NCBI GenBank assembly: GCA_964528085.1
Contig: CAZGRE010000006.1
Location: 1 to 47,843 of the forward strand
DNA: 47,843 bases
Direction: 5' to 3'
Source: an uncultured Thermotogae bacterium
GTDB lineage: Bacteria > Bipolaricaulota > Bipolaricaulia > UBA7950 > UBA9294
A model generated the notes under the pieces. The model saw only the letters and a list, made by a program, of their open reading frames with translations. It was not told the DNA's origin and made no database searches. A program made the translations under genes and the position numbers. Below are positions 47,766 to 47,843 of the stretch, in pieces (position 1 is the stretch's first letter; every line of letters starts with the position of its first letter).

Positions 47766-47843
47766 ATGATCGTCGATTTCTCCATATTCCCGATCGGGAA
47801 GGGGGTCTCCCTCAGCCGGTACGTCGCCGAGGCGTACAGGATA
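47766..47843 (+). CDS. MTH1187/YkoF (DUF77) family protein, 5' partial at window edge
   Basis: GAGGAGG RBS at 47751-47757 and ATG 47766. MIVDFSIFPIGKGVSLSRYVAEAYRI matches the conserved N-terminus of the UPF0045/YkoF thiamin-binding-like family. Confidence 0.6.
   Translation, partial: MIVDFSIFPIGKGVSLSRYVAEAYRI

Noticed and set aside
1-47843. CRISPR arrays, IS elements, transposases/integrases
   Set aside because: Scanned for regularly spaced direct repeats and for transposase/integrase-like ORFs; none were recognised. The only evident foreign DNA is the low-GC island at 46.6-47.7 kb, which lacks recognisable mobility genes or terminal repeats.

Overview
This is a high-GC (about 65-70%) bacterial chromosomal segment with dense coding on both strands and frequent start/stop overlaps between adjacent genes. 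The core is a conserved tufB-type translation/transcription cluster on the minus strand: tRNA-Thr(TGT), tRNA-Tyr, tRNA-Thr(GGT), tuf, rpmG, tRNA-Trp, secE, nusG (with a large insertion), rplK, rplA, rplJ, rplL, rpoB. Unusually, rpoB is followed by a NUDIX gene and a kbl-ridA-dipeptidase cluster instead of rpoC. Other content: tRNA-Ile, prfA, archaeal-type proS, mnmG, tpiA, pgsA, trkA/trkH, iorA/iorB, and a NikR-linked TroA-type metal ABC transporter operon containing a Cys-less FwdE-domain protein. There are also a btpA operon with two membrane-anchored unknowns, a class III adenylate cyclase with extracytoplasmic sensor, a 978-aa surface protein with PKD/lamin-tail domains, an EF-G paralog operon (EF-G-like, CBS, YjbQ), and several secreted lipoproteins. 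The most striking feature is a sharply bounded low-GC island of about 1.17 kb (46572-47740), which carries a single gene for a lipoprotein with a SecD-like periplasmic domain and no membrane domain. Two apparent frameshifted genes were also found (a ClbS/DinB-like protein and a Cys-rich ATC-hydrolase-like protein), plus an rpmG (L33) gene missed by the ORF track and a structured repeat-rich intergenic region at 28.0-28.2 kb. No CRISPR array, transposase or integrase was seen.
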